DNA of 64,000 nt, taken from positions 859,820 through 923,819 of the forward strand of contig BCKQ01000005.1 of the NCBI GenBank assembly GCA_001600695.1. The letters run 5' to 3'. Of this stretch, positions 1 through 12,683 are shown piece by piece. Below the pieces are notes generated by a model, which worked only from the letters and a program-made list of their open reading frames with translations, was not told the DNA's origin and did no database searches. The first letter of the stretch is position 1. The number at the start of each line of letters is the position of its first letter. The position numbers were made by a program, and so were the translations under genes. Source of the DNA: Ascoidea asiatica JCM 7603. Lineage: Eukaryota; Fungi; Ascomycota.

Positions 1-434
1 TCTGTTCCTATCCCATAGTTAGTTTGAATTTTTTTTTTCTTTGAAGAACTTTTAAAATCCATTAGTTGATCCTCACTATTGGAAGCACTTGAATTCATTT
101 CTATATCCAAATCTATTTCTTGAATATTTTTAATTATTTTGACACTATTGGCGATTTTATTACTGCTCTTGTCATGATTAAACTTATTGCTATTTGAAAG
201 CATTATTGGAGCTTGAAAAGCCATAAATTTATGTTCAACACCATTCTGACCATCCTTTATTTCACTATCATAGTAATCTTGATATAAAAAATCTTGCTCA
301 GAATTCGAAAAAATCTGAGATGAATCATTTTCGGCACAATTGGATAATTCATTTTCTGCTTTCAAAGTAACAGAAGAATCATCTTGACTCTCCTCATTAT
401 TTGCCGATTTCACAAATTGTATCGAGTTTAGCAT
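1..434 (-). CDS. 5' part of a gene running off the window edge; acidic/Ser-rich N-terminus, possibly a G-patch protein (Spp382/Ntr1-like)
   Basis: Read by hand: ATG at 434 opens MLNSIQFVKSANNEESQDD...KKKIQTNYGIGT with no stop to base 1. The last residues NYGIGT resemble the YGIG start of the Ntr1/TFIP11 G-patch, but only this fragment is visible. Confidence 0.55.
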   Translation of the reverse strand, partial: MLNSIQFVKSANNEESQDDSSVTLKAENELSNCAENDSSQIFSNSEQDFLYQDYYDSEIKDGQNGVEHKFMAFQAPIMLSNSNKFNHDKSSNKIANSVKIIKNIQEIDLDIEMNSSASNSEDQLMDFKSSSKKKKIQTNYGIGT

Positions 435-751
435 TCCACAAAAGGATGTATTCTTTTCATATGAAATTTTTTTTGATTTTAACTAAAAATCCTTCATTAT
501 TCTATTTCTGATGAACTAACCTCTTATAGAATGTTTTTTTGATATGTAGTAAATGAATAAAATTAAAAAAAATGAAATAGCTTTAGGTAAAATTAGTTTT
601 TCTAAATTGGACTCAACTCCGTCACCGATTTCTTTCTCAGCTTGATGCTTAATAAGAACTACAAAATTTAATAATTCAGTACCAGTGAATTTAAATTATT
701 AACTAAGAATACAGATTATGCTTAAATTCTATTTAAAATAAAAAGGGTCAA

Positions 752-1936
752 ATGAAAAACTACAAAATTTACAGCTGTGGATCCAACGGTAATTTTCAGC
801 TTGGTAATAATACCAATGAAGACTCAAATTTTTTCAAAAGCTGTCAATTCAAAGAGCAAAATGGAAACAACACCTCAATTTGGAAGATCAACCCTTTAAA
901 AATAGTATGTGGTGGAAATCATTCACTTGTGATGCTTGATAATGGAGATTTATATTCTTGTGGGTTAAATAATTACGGCCAATGTGGCTTTAATCCTGAA
1001 ATATATGGAACATATATTGAGACCTTTCAGAAAGTTCCTAGAATAGATAATAAAAAATGGATGGCCTCTTCTTGTGGTTGGGAATTTTCAATATTAGTTA
1101 ATGAAAATATGGAAATTTTCAGTTGTGGATATGGTACTAATGGAGAACTTGGTTTAGGTGATTCTACTACAAAAAGTATAGTACCTAATTCAACTGTTGA
1201 AATAGAAATTCCAAAATCTTCTTTGAGATTGATTAACTTTAATCTAGAGAATTTGAATTTAATAGATATAAAATCTTCATTAGATCACACTGTTATGTTA
1301 CTCTCTGAAAACAAAATGGTTGGTTGGGGAAATAACAAGAAAAAACAATTAGGTGAAACATTATCTAATGCTAAATGTATATGGACTCCTGAATTTATAA
1401 ACATGAACTTGCTAGAATCTCCTATAACAACTATATCTGTGGGTAGAAATTTCACCATTATTGGTTCTAAACCATTCAAAAAAATGAGGATTTTCAGTAA
1501 TGCCAAAACTTTAACTTTTAATGTCCAGAATAATGAAATATTAGAAAACATTAGTTTTCATGATATTAAAACAATGTGGACTTCGTTCCATTTACTTGTA
1601 GATGATCAAATTCATTCTTTTGGAAATAATAGACATAAACAACGTTTCCCCTTGGAATATTTTTTGAAAAAAAAACAAGAAGAAAATATTTGTGTCAATC
1701 AATTTGAAACAGGCAGTGAGCATGGCCTAGTACTTGATGAGACTAAAAACGAAATCTTCAGTTGGGGTTGGGGAGAACATGGAAATTGTGGGATAAATGA
1801 AATTTTTATTGGGGTGAATACTTTCGATTTTTTGAATCCTTTAAAATTTCAAAAAGAATTAAAGAGTTTTGAGAAAATTGAATCCATTTTCTGTGGATGT
1901 GCGACAAGCTGGGCAGTAGTTTCTACAAATGAATAA
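752..1936 (+). CDS. ATS1: RCC1-repeat protein Ats1/Kti13 (Elongator cofactor)
   Basis: RCC1 repeats: SCGSNGNFQLG, CGGNHS, CGWEFS, WGWGEHGNCG, C-terminal GCATSW. Confidence 0.85.
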   Translation: MKNYKIYSCGSNGNFQLGNNTNEDSNFFKSCQFKEQNGNNTSIWKINPLKIVCGGNHSLVMLDNGDLYSCGLNNYGQCGFNPEIYGTYIETFQKVPRIDNKKWMASSCGWEFSILVNENMEIFSCGYGTNGELGLGDSTTKSIVPNSTVEIEIPKSSLRLINFNLENLNLIDIKSSLDHTVMLLSENKMVGWGNNKKKQLGETLSNAKCIWTPEFINMNLLESPITTISVGRNFTIIGSKPFKKMRIFSNAKTLTFNVQNNEILENISFHDIKTMWTSFHLLVDDQIHSFGNNRHKQRFPLEYFLKKKQEENICVNQFETGSEHGLVLDETKNEIFSWGWGEHGNCGINEIFIGVNTFDFLNPLKFQKELKSFEKIESIFCGCATSWAVVSTNE

Positions 1937-2044
1937 ATATCACCAATAATTTAGAATATGATGTATAATTTTAAGTTTATATATTTATTATATACAAGGA
2001 TGAACATTCGCATTTATAGCAAATTATTTTTGGTAAAAATAAAA

Positions 2045-2631
2045 CTATTTTCTCTCTGTAGGTTTGAATTCGGCTGAAGTTGGTTCCTTTGGATCCCCAA
2101 GCTCTTCAGCATCTTCATCAGGAACTAAAACGTCCTCTTTTTCAAACAATTCTAATAATTCACCGCTTTGAGCCATTGAAGTCACAATATCACATCCCCC
2201 AATAAACTCTTTTCTAACATATAATTGAGGAATTGTAGGCCAATTACTATATTCTTTTATTCCTTGTCTTAAATCAGGATCTTCTAAAACATTATAGGCA
2301 GCAAATTTGTCTGGATCAATACCTAATTGTCCTAATAGCATAATTGTAGATCTAGAAAACCCACATTGAGGAGCTTCTGGTGTACCCTTCATAAACAATA
2401 CTACAGGTGCAGATGAAATAGCACTATCAATAGCTTCTTTTGTTTCGGTTGAAATATAACGTTGTAAAAAATTTACCGGAGTAAAAGATACTTTTTGCTT
2501 TAATAAAAAGCTTGTTGATGGGCGAATCTAAAAAGTTAAACAGATTAGTAATAGCACTTTTCGAACATTAAAATAAAATGATTTGAAGTAAAACTTACCA
2601 ATGAATTTTGGAATAAAACTTTTCTAAACAT
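2045..2631 (-). CDS. GRX5: Mitochondrial monothiol glutaredoxin; 2 exons (2631-2599, 2527-2045)
   Basis: KGTPEAPQCGFS and WPTIPQLY motifs. The intron has a GTAAGT donor, TACTAAT branch and TAG acceptor. Splicing gives an in-frame presequence MFRKVLFQNSL-IRPSTSFLLKQK. Confidence 0.95.
2528..2598 (-). other. Spliceosomal intron (71 nt) in GRX5
   Basis: GTAAGT...TACTAAT...TAG; phase 0; restores the frame. Confidence 0.9.
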
Positions 2632-3020
2632 TTTGGAGAATGATCTTTGACTTCAGCGATAAGATATATTGTTTAATGAAAGACAGAGATTATTAATTCA
2701 CCTTCTTCATCAGAAGAAATATTCACGAAATCTAAAATATTCCCAATTAAATTGATTTTATTATTAATAAAGTAAGTACGGATGAATCAGGAAAACAATA
2801 CCGGAAAATATAGGCGGATTTTTTATGATGGACTTACGTAATTACTGGTAGAAAATGGCTGAGAGCACAGTGAAAAATTGCAAGTTACAAAGGTTGGAAA
2901 TACCATTTAATTTAAGTTTTTAACTAAAACTGGAAGAGAAAGCTTTTATTATAATGGTTATGGAAGAAATATAAACAAGAGATGTAATATAGATACAGAA
3001 TATACAAGATAATTAGTTCA

Positions 3021-4388
3021 TTATTGCAACGAATTTTTAAGTGAACTAGCCATTTCTATAGCACCATCCGGATTACCTTTATTGAACACAAATAGTCCTT
3101 GGAGTTGTGCAGTGCTAACACTTGAAATATTAAGTTTCTTTAGCTGTTTCATAAAAACCTGGCATTTTTCAGTTTCATTTTCATAAAACCTCAAAAACAT
3201 TTGTTGAATTTGAAAGTTGGATGCATTATCAATTAATACTTTGAAATCCACCCTACCTGGTCTTAATAAGGCAGGATCCAACTTTTCAGGATGATTTGTG
3301 GTCATAAAAGTAATTGATTCTTCAGCAGAAGCTACCCCATCTAATGCGTTTAGCAAACCACTGAAAGTAACCCCGGAAGTATAACCTTTATCTTTTGTTT
3401 GATCTCTTTTATTGAAAGCAGCATCAATATCTTCTAACAAGAGTAAACTTCTTTCAGGAATATTATTCATCAAATGATTTAATCTATCATCTGTCAAATT
3501 TGCTTCAGAAAGATTTAATAAGCATATATTATAATCCATATGACCAGCCAATGCTTGAATAAAACTTGTTTTACCACTACCAGGAGGTCCGTATAAAAGG
3601 TATCCTCTTCTATATGGAATTCCTCTTTTAAAATACCAATTTCCACTATTTAGAAATCCTTTTACATCTTTAATTATTTTTTCTTTGATTCCTTCATCTA
3701 AAATAACTGAGCCAACAAGCCTTTTCTTTCTTGGTTGTCCAAAGGGCCTCCATTCTCCGCCCCATGAAGTATATATAACAGTTTTTCCTTCATTTGCTTT
3801 TAATGCAAGATTTTTAGCTTCATTTAATAATTCATGAAAAAGATCTCTATCTCTATATAAAGTAGTTAAGGTTACAGTTTCAAAAGGAGTGCCATTTGTC
3901 ATATCTAATAATTTTCCAGATCTTTCTCTTTTTACAAGCATGTATGCACCTTTGTATTTAAGTAAATGATTTCCAGGACCAGGAACTAAAGAGAAACGAG
4001 TATTTACAGAACCATTATCATGTTGAATAAAATTAGTTTCAACACTTAAATGACGAGAAGATCTATGTTTGTAATTGGACATCCATTCAAGAAACCAAAG
4101 GTAAGATTTATCTTTTGAAGGAATTTCTAAATCGACTAATAATTGACGATATATTAATGATGAAGATTTAATTATTCCTTGTCTTGCAATGGCTAATCCA
4201 GTTCCAAGAACCATTAAACCACCACCTGCAGCAAAATAAGGATTATTTTTCATTATATCGTTGAATAACCCAGTTGCCATTCCTTTCATTGATCCATCAT
4301 TATTGTTTAATGAATCAAGAGATATAGATGGAGATTCAACACCATTTTCATTTGATTGAATACGAGAAGATCCAGTATTTGTATTCAT
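3021..4388 (-). CDS. BCS1: Mitochondrial AAA chaperone Bcs1 (Rieske protein insertion)
   Basis: [11 protein letters not shown] transmembrane segment, [20 protein letters not shown] Walker [10 protein letters not shown] Walker [13 protein letters not shown]. Confidence 0.97.
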   Translation of the reverse strand: MNTNTGSSRIQSNENGVESPSISLDSLNNNDGSMKGMATGLFNDIMKNNPYFAAGGGLMVLGTGLAIARQGIIKSSSLIYRQLLVDLEIPSKDKSYLWFLEWMSNYKHRSSRHLSVETNFIQHDNGSVNTRFSLVPGPGNHLLKYKGAYMLVKRERSGKLLDMTNGTPFETVTLTTLYRDRDLFHELLNEAKNLALKANEGKTVIYTSWGGEWRPFGQPRKKRLVGSVILDEGIKEKIIKDVKGFLNSGNWYFKRGIPYRRGYLLYGPPGSGKTSFIQALAGHMDYNICLLNLSEANLTDDRLNHLMNNIPERSLLLLEDIDAAFNKRDQTKDKGYTSGVTFSGLLNALDGVASAEESITFMTTNHPEKLDPALLRPGRVDFKVLIDNASNFQIQQMFLRFYENETEKCQVFMKQLKKLNISSVSTAQLQGLFVFNKGNPDGAIEMASSLKNSLQ

Positions 4389-4976
4389 CTAGCACTTTAT
4401 TGGGTTGTAAAATTTAAATGTGCTTTTTATTTAATAAAAAACTAATCAAACCTAATGTGTCTAAAAAATAAACTAAAAAATAATCTTATCAATTATTTTC
4501 TAGATTATAACTAAATTGAATTAGTAAAATATTTCAAAAGATCTTAGTGAATTTTTTTTAGATTTTCAAGTACTCATACAAACTAAAAATCACCCATTCG
4601 GTTTGATTGAAAGCCCCGTAAAAATCAAAAACTTGTTTAGGTATGATTTTCAAACCTAAATAATAAGCTAAGTAAATACCTGCTAAATCAGTCAAATATT
4701 TTTTTAATTGTTAGAGTCGATTGAAAAATTGGTTAAATGATTGAATTAAATTATTTTATTAAAAATGCATTTTAATATACTTTTTTTTGCTTATTTCGAA
4801 CATCTACAAATATTTTTAGTTTTTCTGAAAAATGTTATAATTAGAAAAAAAATGAAAAATAAAAATAATGAAATCAAAAGCAATAGCATTTTAAACAAAT
4901 ATATAAAATAAGATAAGATAAAATTAGAGTGATGCATGAACAAATAAAACTAGGATAGTTGAGAATTTTTATTAAA

Positions 4977-5936
4977 TTATAAAATATCATCATCAGCTTC
5001 CACAATTAAAGATTTAATATGAAGTAGTATAGAAGTTTTCCATTTATCTAATTTTGAAAATTGATCAAATTCATAAACTTTATCAGTGAAAAGTTGAGCA
5101 TCATTTTCTTTAACAGAAGTTATTATATCAATTAATAATTTAAATTCTCTTGTAGATTGAAAAGAAGGTTCCCATTCAGTATAAGCATTTAAAGCTTTTT
5201 CACTTGCAACTATATCATTTGATGAAAGATAACATAAAATACTTTTAAAAAAATAATCTTTTAAACTCCATTTTGATAGATTATTTCCAAGAGATTTTTT
5301 AGCAACAGTTTCATACAAGCCAGCAGCATCTATATAATTACCAGCTTTTGCTTGTAAATCAGCAGCTTTTATATAAGCTTTATTTGATAAAGCTTCAGCT
5401 TGATCAGATGAATACCAATCACCAGCTTCCATATAACTTTTAATTGCATCATTTAAATTTGTTGAAGCTAAATCATTTTCATAAATTGCCCCCAAATCCA
5501 TTTTAAAATTTGCAGCTCTTCTAAATTGACCTTTTTGAGTAAATATTGATATAGCTTGATTTAAAACTCTAGTTGCATCTAATGGAGAATCATTTCTATA
5601 ACTTTTATAAGCTTCAACTAAAGTATTAGCAGCTTCATCATTACTTTCAGCTTTAAATTGACATTCAGCAGCTTTTTCGAATGTTTTACCAGCCATTACA
5701 CCTAATTTTTGTAGTCTATAAAGATTTGCACCTTGAATATATAAGTCTGCTGCTTCTTCAAATCTATAAGTATCATTTCCTTTAAAGAAACTTGCAAATC
5801 CACTACTAGGAGCTGCTTTTTTATCAGCCTTTAAAAATGTAATAATTAGTTAGTAAATAATGGTAATTATATAACAATATGATAAAAATCAATAAGAATA
5901 ACATACTTTTGCAATAAAAGATTGAGGATCACTCAT
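4977..5936 (-). CDS. SEC17: Alpha-SNAP; 2 exons (5936-5907, 5828-4977)
   Basis: KGQFRRAA, LSKWSLKDYF, C-terminal DDDIL. Exon 1 MSDPQSFIAK joins ADKKAAPSSGF in frame. Confidence 0.95.
5829..5906 (-). other. Spliceosomal intron (78 nt) in SEC17, AAG acceptor
   Basis: GTATGT donor, TACTAAC at 5855-5849, AAG 3' site; phase 0 after codon 10. Confidence 0.9.
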
Positions 5937-7113
5937 TTTTAGTAATTAGTATTAATAGAAAAAAGAGATTATTATAAATTTTTGTTCACTTTTTAGTTCT
6001 TTTAAATTATCTTTTAGTGAATATCTTAAACGAAACACTTTTATGCAATTTTAATAACAGTTATAATTATTATGGGAAATAAATTGTTAATTATCTAAAA
6101 TTATTTTGACTAAAATATTATAAATCACCATCAACAACTCCAATAATCTCATCACTCATTAATAACTTAGCTGTAGTCGTTATCAACAGCCAAACCGGAG
6201 CTTGCCTTAGTTTAAGGTTGATGGAGATTACGATAGCCAACCTGGCACGTGGTAAAGGATACCTTGGCGCGGATTTAAAACCGTGAAACGGATATTCCGG
6301 AGTGGCCAACTGGCACCAAAAACACCTGAATCAGCTGAATCAACAAAACTAGTTGAAACAGCCGAAACACCTGAAACAGTTGACTCTTCGAATGAGACAA
6401 GAACAGATAAGAATCGAGGAATCTACTTTTTTATCTCTGGATAAGGTGGCAGTCATTAAAGAAATAAGTTATTGTATAGAATTGGAATTATCAAATTGGA
6501 ATAAAAAGGGTCGAATTTTTTAAAATTTGAAGTCACTAGAGGAACATATGAAGAAAATTGATTGAGAAGAAGAAAAAGAAAGGTAAAATATAAAATTATG
6601 AAGACAAAATAAAAATTCATTAATAAGAAGTCATATATAAAACAGAATAATATAGTTCCGATGAAAACAATATCGTATACCAAATTAAGATATGTATATA
6701 GTTCAAAAAGGGAAGTTAATCTTAAGAAATTATTTCATGAATAAGTAAACAAGCATTATGAAAGAAAAAAAAATTTAAAAAATAAATATTAAAAAAAGAG
6801 AATTGAAAAAATTTAGTCCCGAAAATTGATTATAAAGTGAGTTGATTCATTGATCTTTAGTTCATAAAGTTCATAAAATATTTTAAATGATATACTGTAG
6901 GTAATGAAAATGATATGAGAAAAAAAAAATTGAAGTAAAGAAATAAAGTGAGTAGAGCAATAGGAATTTTTAAATTCTAATTGAGAAGAGTTAAAAAAGT
7001 TAAAAAGTTAAAGGCTCATGGAGATAAAGAAATAATGAGTTAATAAGATAAGGTTATAGGATAATAATAAAAAAAGCATAGGAGAATCATATCAGGTAAT
7101 TTAGTACCTTATA

Positions 7114-8342
7114 TTATATATTTAAATCTAAAAAATTTAATTGTTCAATACTGTCGTTAAGTTTTCTAAGTTCAGATAAATATGAGATAATTTGGAGTTC
7201 ATTGATATTTAAATTGAAATTTGATAAGAAAAGGAAATTAATTTCTAGTTGATTTAATTCTTTTAACGAAATTCCAACAATTGAAGAGAATTGTGCATTT
7301 TTTATAAAATAGTTTAAATCTTCAACTAATAATTTTGAAGCAATTCTAATTGAAGTTATAATTAACTTATGCACATTTAGATCAGTAATATCAAAAGAAA
7401 AATTAAATTCTAAATCATTATCAACTTTTTCATTTGAATTATTGTTGTTTTTTATTGGAAATGCCATTCTATAAATATAATAAGAAGCAACTAAATAAAC
7501 AAATGGAGAAAATTTAAAAATTTTATGAATATGAAATATAAAATCTAAGATTGAAATTTCTGGAATTGGATTTGAATTAAATTTATCAAACAACTTACAT
7601 TTTGCAAATTGTTGATTTTCAATTTGTTCTAATCTATTTTTTTTAGTTAATAATTTATTTAATTCAAAAGGAGTGATTGTTTCATTTTCTAATTTATTTG
7701 ATAAATTAAAATTTATAAATTTATCTATATTTTTACTATCTTTATTTTTAAAGGTTATATCAGAATATTCATTTTTTAAAGAAGATAATTCATTATCCAT
7801 AAAATTTTCAAAATTTATTGGATTTCTTATATTACTTATAGCATTATTAATTTTTTCATTGATTTGATTTAAATTAGTGGAAATTTTTTTATAATTATTG
7901 AAATTTCTATTAAATTTATTTTTATTTTTAATTTTTGAAAATTGAATCAAATTTAATAAAGATTTATAAAAAATTAATATTGAAACATTTGAAGTTATTA
8001 TATTTGAATTATTTGAAAAAATTGTATTATAATCTTTATATAATTTTTCATAATCTAAAGAAAGATAAAATTTATTAAAGTAATTGATGTCTTCAGGTGA
8101 TAAGTTTTTTGAGTTTTTGAAAAATTTATTTGATTTTGATTTGTTTGATTTATTTAATTTTTTTGATTTTGTTGATTTCTTTGAACTTGATGATGAGAAT
8201 TCAAGAGTTCTTTTAGAGCTATTTTGATTTGTCCTATTTGTAACATTGTCAGTATTAGTATTATTGATGTCATTATTATTATCAGTGATATTATTGTTAT
8301 TGAAAGTATTGCTAGAATTATTATCCGTATTATTGATAGGAC

Positions 8343-8376
<34 letters not shown>

Positions 8377-8472
8377 GATATTATTATTATTATTACTATT
8401 ATTTATATTGTATGATAGTTTTGCATTAGGCAAAGAAGTATGAGATGAAGTTGCAATCATTTTTAAAGACAT
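7114..8472 (-). CDS. Pho80/Pcl6-7 family cyclin (Pho85 partner) with poly-Asn N-terminus
   Basis: Cyclin box: PEISILDFI..., NVHKLIITSIRIASKL, GISLKELNQLEINFLFLSNFNL. Confidence 0.8.
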
Positions 8473-10577
8473 TTGATTATATAGTAAATTGAAATTGAGT
8501 AAAAGCCAATGAAAGCAAATTTATATATATATATTTATAAGAGATAGTATATGAAGTATTTTATAGCAAATAAATTATAAGATAAATTATTATATAAATA
8601 ATTACTCAGAATAGCAAAATTTGAAATTGAAAAAGAAAATCTTGAGATATTAAATGATTTATTCAATAATAGTTTTAGTAATATTAAGTTATTGAATTAT
8701 TGAATAATATTTAAAAGTATTGAATAATACCTCTATTGTTTTTTGGTTTAAAGTTGATGATTTAAGAAAAACGGTAAATAAATATAACGAATAAGTTTTT
8801 AAAAAGATGCAGTTAAATAGCTAAGATTAGTTATGAATTATTTGGAATTGTTATAAGTTTAAATAACTTGAGAAGAAAATGGAGTAAATATTAATCAAAT
8901 TATATTTAAGTGAGAGATTGATTAAAAATATTTGACTTGGGATATACTAATAGATTTATTTCATATAAACAAAAATGGACTGGTTTATTTGAATACGGTG
9001 ATTAATTAATTTTAGTGAGTGTTTGTTATGGATTGATGTTAATAATGAAATTGAATATGATTTGTTTATATATATATTTTTTTAGTTTAAAAGAAGTTAA
9101 ATAATTTCAGTTAAAGAGTTAAAAATTTATAAATTCATTCAAAAAATTTAGCATAAAGGGCAATTTTCTCAAGAAACCAAAAGCCAAAATGAAAAATTTA
9201 AAACTAAAAAAACAATAGAAAAAAAGTCTTTTGAAATATATTTTATATGAGTGAATGAAAAGACTGGAAATTAGTTATTTTATATAAAATTGAATTTAAA
9301 AGATTGATTGTATTGAGTTGTTTTTATTTTTGTATTGAATAAATTGTACCAGTTCATTTTACTTGTAAAAGTTTTCTTCAAAGAAGAAAAAGGTAAAAGA
9401 TTTACAGTCTGCAGAACTACAGAACTACAGTTTACACTATTAAATTCTAGCTCAGTGCTAGTGCTTGAATCAAGTAGAAATACTACTAACAGTAACTATT
9501 AACTGAATTTAGTTCATTTCTGTTCGTAGAATGGATTTCACTGTTGATTTCACTGTTGTTTTCAGAGTGAGCAGTTACGTAACTGGGAAAGGGCAATAAA
9601 AATGGAAGTAAAATGGAAGTGGGAGTAATCTCTGGTACAGTTTAACACTGTGGTAACACAAGTAACGAATATAACGTAAGCACCGCAAATAGGATATCTG
9701 GTAATGAAACAAATGCAATCGGCAAGAAACCCTTAGCAGCAGCCACCAAAAGAGGGCCGCAGTTTTATGCGGAAACTCCCGCTTTCTAAGCGCCTAGCGT
9801 TCACTCACAGAGTAACACGTCAGCAAACTGTGCACCCGGGGAAAAATACCTCTCTTGTAAGGATATCCACCTGTTCTAGACGGCATATTTCTTAATGTCC
9901 ACAGAAAATAAATTAATTTTCTCAATACCCATTCTGCTGGTACAACTTTGGATCCTGTAGTTACGCCAAGTGTAGTCAACGTAACTAGGACTCGGAAAAA
10001 CCTTTGCAGCATACCACAGTGCGCGTTTTTTTCCTGAATAATTTCACCGCGAATAGGAATCACGGAATAATTTGAACTTTTGGTCACTTTTTTTGCCAGC
10101 GCTTGCGATTCATGGACAAGGATCTAAGGATCTTCCAATTTGTTTTTCTCGGGTTAAGAATACACAGAAAGAGACGGGCAGTGTTGTCAGCAGAGACAAT
10201 AAACGATCACATGTTTTGAATAAATCAGTTCATGTGACCTGGATATAGATCCTTCGGGTTGGTTTTGTGTATTCTCTTAACTGCGTATGGCAAGGAGTTA
10301 AATTTCAGAATCCTGCTGTTAACAGTTACTTTCGTAAAGAGCCTGTGAAAAATATAAACAAGAGAAAAGCTAAAAGGCTACGAGAGAAAACTCCTATTGT
10401 TCAAATCAATCGAGCCTATTCTTAAATACAATTCGAGTATCTATTTGATTTACTATTTAATCAATTTCATTCTTTTGGTTTATATAAAATCCATTTAATA
10501 ATCTCAATCATCTCAATTAATAGTCCCCATTGATAATTTCAATTAACAGCTGAAAGTATTGAATAATTATATTAAAA

Positions 10578-11441
10578 ATGGCAATCATAACTATTACTGT
10601 AACTGCAATCTCAACATTTATATTAACACTTTTTGTTGACAATAGAATTTCAAAAAAAAGGGCAGATAAAAGATTAAACATTTTAAAAGAAGAGTTAACT
10701 GAAATGATTAAAACGGCAGAGGAAAATAATAAAAAAAAATTAAAAGAATTAGATAATTTAATTTTTGAAAAAAATGAAAAAATAACTTCTTTAAAAGATT
10801 TATTAACATCTTCAAATTCTTTAAGTTCTCCAAATTTGAATATTGTTGAAAATTCATCAAAAGTTACTCAATTAGAAATTCCATCAGATGTTCCATTGGA
10901 TATTCCATCGGATTTTCCATCGGTAAAAGGAAAAGGAAAAGAAAAAGAAGAAAATCCTAAAGTTGCTTTATTAAATATTCAGCTTGAATCCCCAATTAAA
11001 GAATCTTCAAAAGATTCAATGCAAAGTAATTCAAATCAGGTTGAATCTAATAAAAAATTCGTTAATGAATCTCCAGTTATAGAATCTCTCATACCAGATT
11101 TAACGGATAAGAAAACTCCAACCAATAATTCTATTAATGCTATTGATTCAGATGTGAAAGAGTCTAAACCTGAATTAAATAAAGAGAAAACTAAAGACTC
11201 AAATCTAGTTAAAGAATCAAAAGAATCCGAACCAATCATCGAGGCTGAAGAATCTAAGGAGCCAATTACAGAAACCAAAGAATCCAAGAAGTCTCAATCA
11301 ATTGTTGAACCAAAAGAAGTCAAGGAGCCCAAAGAAGTTCAAGAGATTGAAGAAACTAAGGAAACAATTAAATCTGTTGAACCTATTAAACCAGAATTAA
11401 CAGAATTAGAAGAACAAAAAATTCCTTTACTTGCTAATTAA
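10578..11441 (+). CDS. Uncharacterised protein: N-terminal hydrophobic anchor, coiled coil, E/K/P-rich repetitive tail
   Basis: 287-aa ORF with AAAATG start context and host-like codon usage; no recognisable domain. Confidence 0.7.
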   Translation: MAIITITVTAISTFILTLFVDNRISKKRADKRLNILKEELTEMIKTAEENNKKKLKELDNLIFEKNEKITSLKDLLTSSNSLSSPNLNIVENSSKVTQLEIPSDVPLDIPSDFPSVKGKGKEKEENPKVALLNIQLESPIKESSKDSMQSNSNQVESNKKFVNESPVIESLIPDLTDKKTPTNNSINAIDSDVKESKPELNKEKTKDSNLVKESKESEPIIEAEESKEPITETKESKKSQSIVEPKEVKEPKEVQEIEETKETIKSVEPIKPELTELEEQKIPLLAN

Positions 11442-11717
11442 CCTTTTAATGCTTAATGTTTGATGGTTTGATGTTTTGATATTTTATTATTTACTTTAAT
11501 TTTAACCTATCCACTTATTTTATTTTTTCTTATATTTTTGCTTTTTCTGCTTTTTTTGAATCCGGTTATTATATTGTATGGTTATCATATATTTTGGTTT
11601 CATTTGGTTATCTTTTTTATTATATCTGTTGTTTATTGTTAATTGTTTATTTTCATTCTGCATTCCAAAAAGCTCTTTACTTACTTTCCTTTTACATACT
11701 TTTTTATATTTATTTAA

Positions 11718-12683
11718 TTATTTGAATATTTCCCTTTTATTAAAAATCATATCTTTTTTTTTAAAACAACAAAAATAACATTCTTTTGATTCTGACCTAC
11801 ATGCTTCAGGTTTGAATCTAATCACAATTTTAAAAATTTTTTTTAATCTATTTTCTAATAAATTATCTTCAGTTCCAGTAAAAAATTTACAAATTAATTT
11901 ACCATTTACTTTTAATAAATCAATTGATATTAATAAAGCTGCATCGCATAATTCCATACTTGATAAATGATCCTTTAAAGGTATTCCTGATGTATTTGCC
12001 ATCATATCACTTAAAATTATATCTACTGGATATAATATTTTGTCATCATTATTATCACTATTATCATTATTGTTATTATTGTTATTATTGAAAAAAGTTT
12101 TTATTTTATCATAGGTTACTTTAGATAATATATTTCCTTGAATTGAATGTGAACCTGGAGGAGCAGTGCAAGGCAAAAGATCAACACCTAATATTTTACC
12201 TTTATTTATTATAGTTGATTTTGAAACTTCATTATTTTTTTCAATGATATCTTTATTATTATTTTCATCAATTAATTTTCCAATAGTTTTTTCAATTGCA
12301 ACTTGAGTCCAAGCACCAGGAGCAAAACCTAAATCAAGTATATTTTGACCTTTTTTGAAAATTTTAAATTTTTCATCAATTTGTTTTAATTTATAAGCAG
12401 CTCTTGATCTATAATGATCTTGTTCAAAGGCTTTTTTGATAAACGGATCTTTTTTAGCTCTATTTAACCAGCGATTTGAAGAAGCATTTTTTGAGTAAAA
12501 TCTATTAAATAATAATTTATTTGAAAATTTATTTGAAAATTTATTTGAAAAAATAAGTTGATTTTTTTTATTTATAATTTGATAATTTGAATAATTTTTA
12601 AAAAGAATCGTATTAGTATAATTATAGTTACCGATGTTTATAAATGAGATTGAATTTACGTTTTTGAAACAATTATAAATCAT
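11718..12683 (-). CDS. MRM2: Mitochondrial 21S rRNA 2'-O-methyltransferase (FtsJ/RrmJ family)
   Basis: YRSRAAYKL, LDLGFAPGAWTQVA, ILSDM, KPEACRSESKECY. Confidence 0.93.
   Translation of the reverse strand: MIYNCFKNVNSISFINIGNYNYTNTILFKNYSNYQIINKKNQLIFSNKFSNKFSNKLLFNRFYSKNASSNRWLNRAKKDPFIKKAFEQDHYRSRAAYKLKQIDEKFKIFKKGQNILDLGFAPGAWTQVAIEKTIGKLIDENNNKDIIEKNNEVSKSTIINKGKILGVDLLPCTAPPGSHSIQGNILSKVTYDKIKTFFNNNNNNNNDNSDNNDDKILYPVDIILSDMMANTSGIPLKDHLSSMELCDAALLISIDLLKVNGKLICKFFTGTEDNLLENRLKKIFKIVIRFKPEACRSESKECYFCCFKKKDMIFNKREIFK

Noticed and set aside
6325-6380. Repeated (T/C)GAAACA units resembling a Ste12 cluster
   Set aside because: Looks like a degenerate 9-bp tandem repeat upstream of SEC17, with no mating gene nearby.
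8224-8443. Poly-Ile/poly-Leu ORFs and other short antisense ORFs inside genes
   Set aside because: Shadows of (AAT)n tracts and of real genes on the opposite strand or frame.
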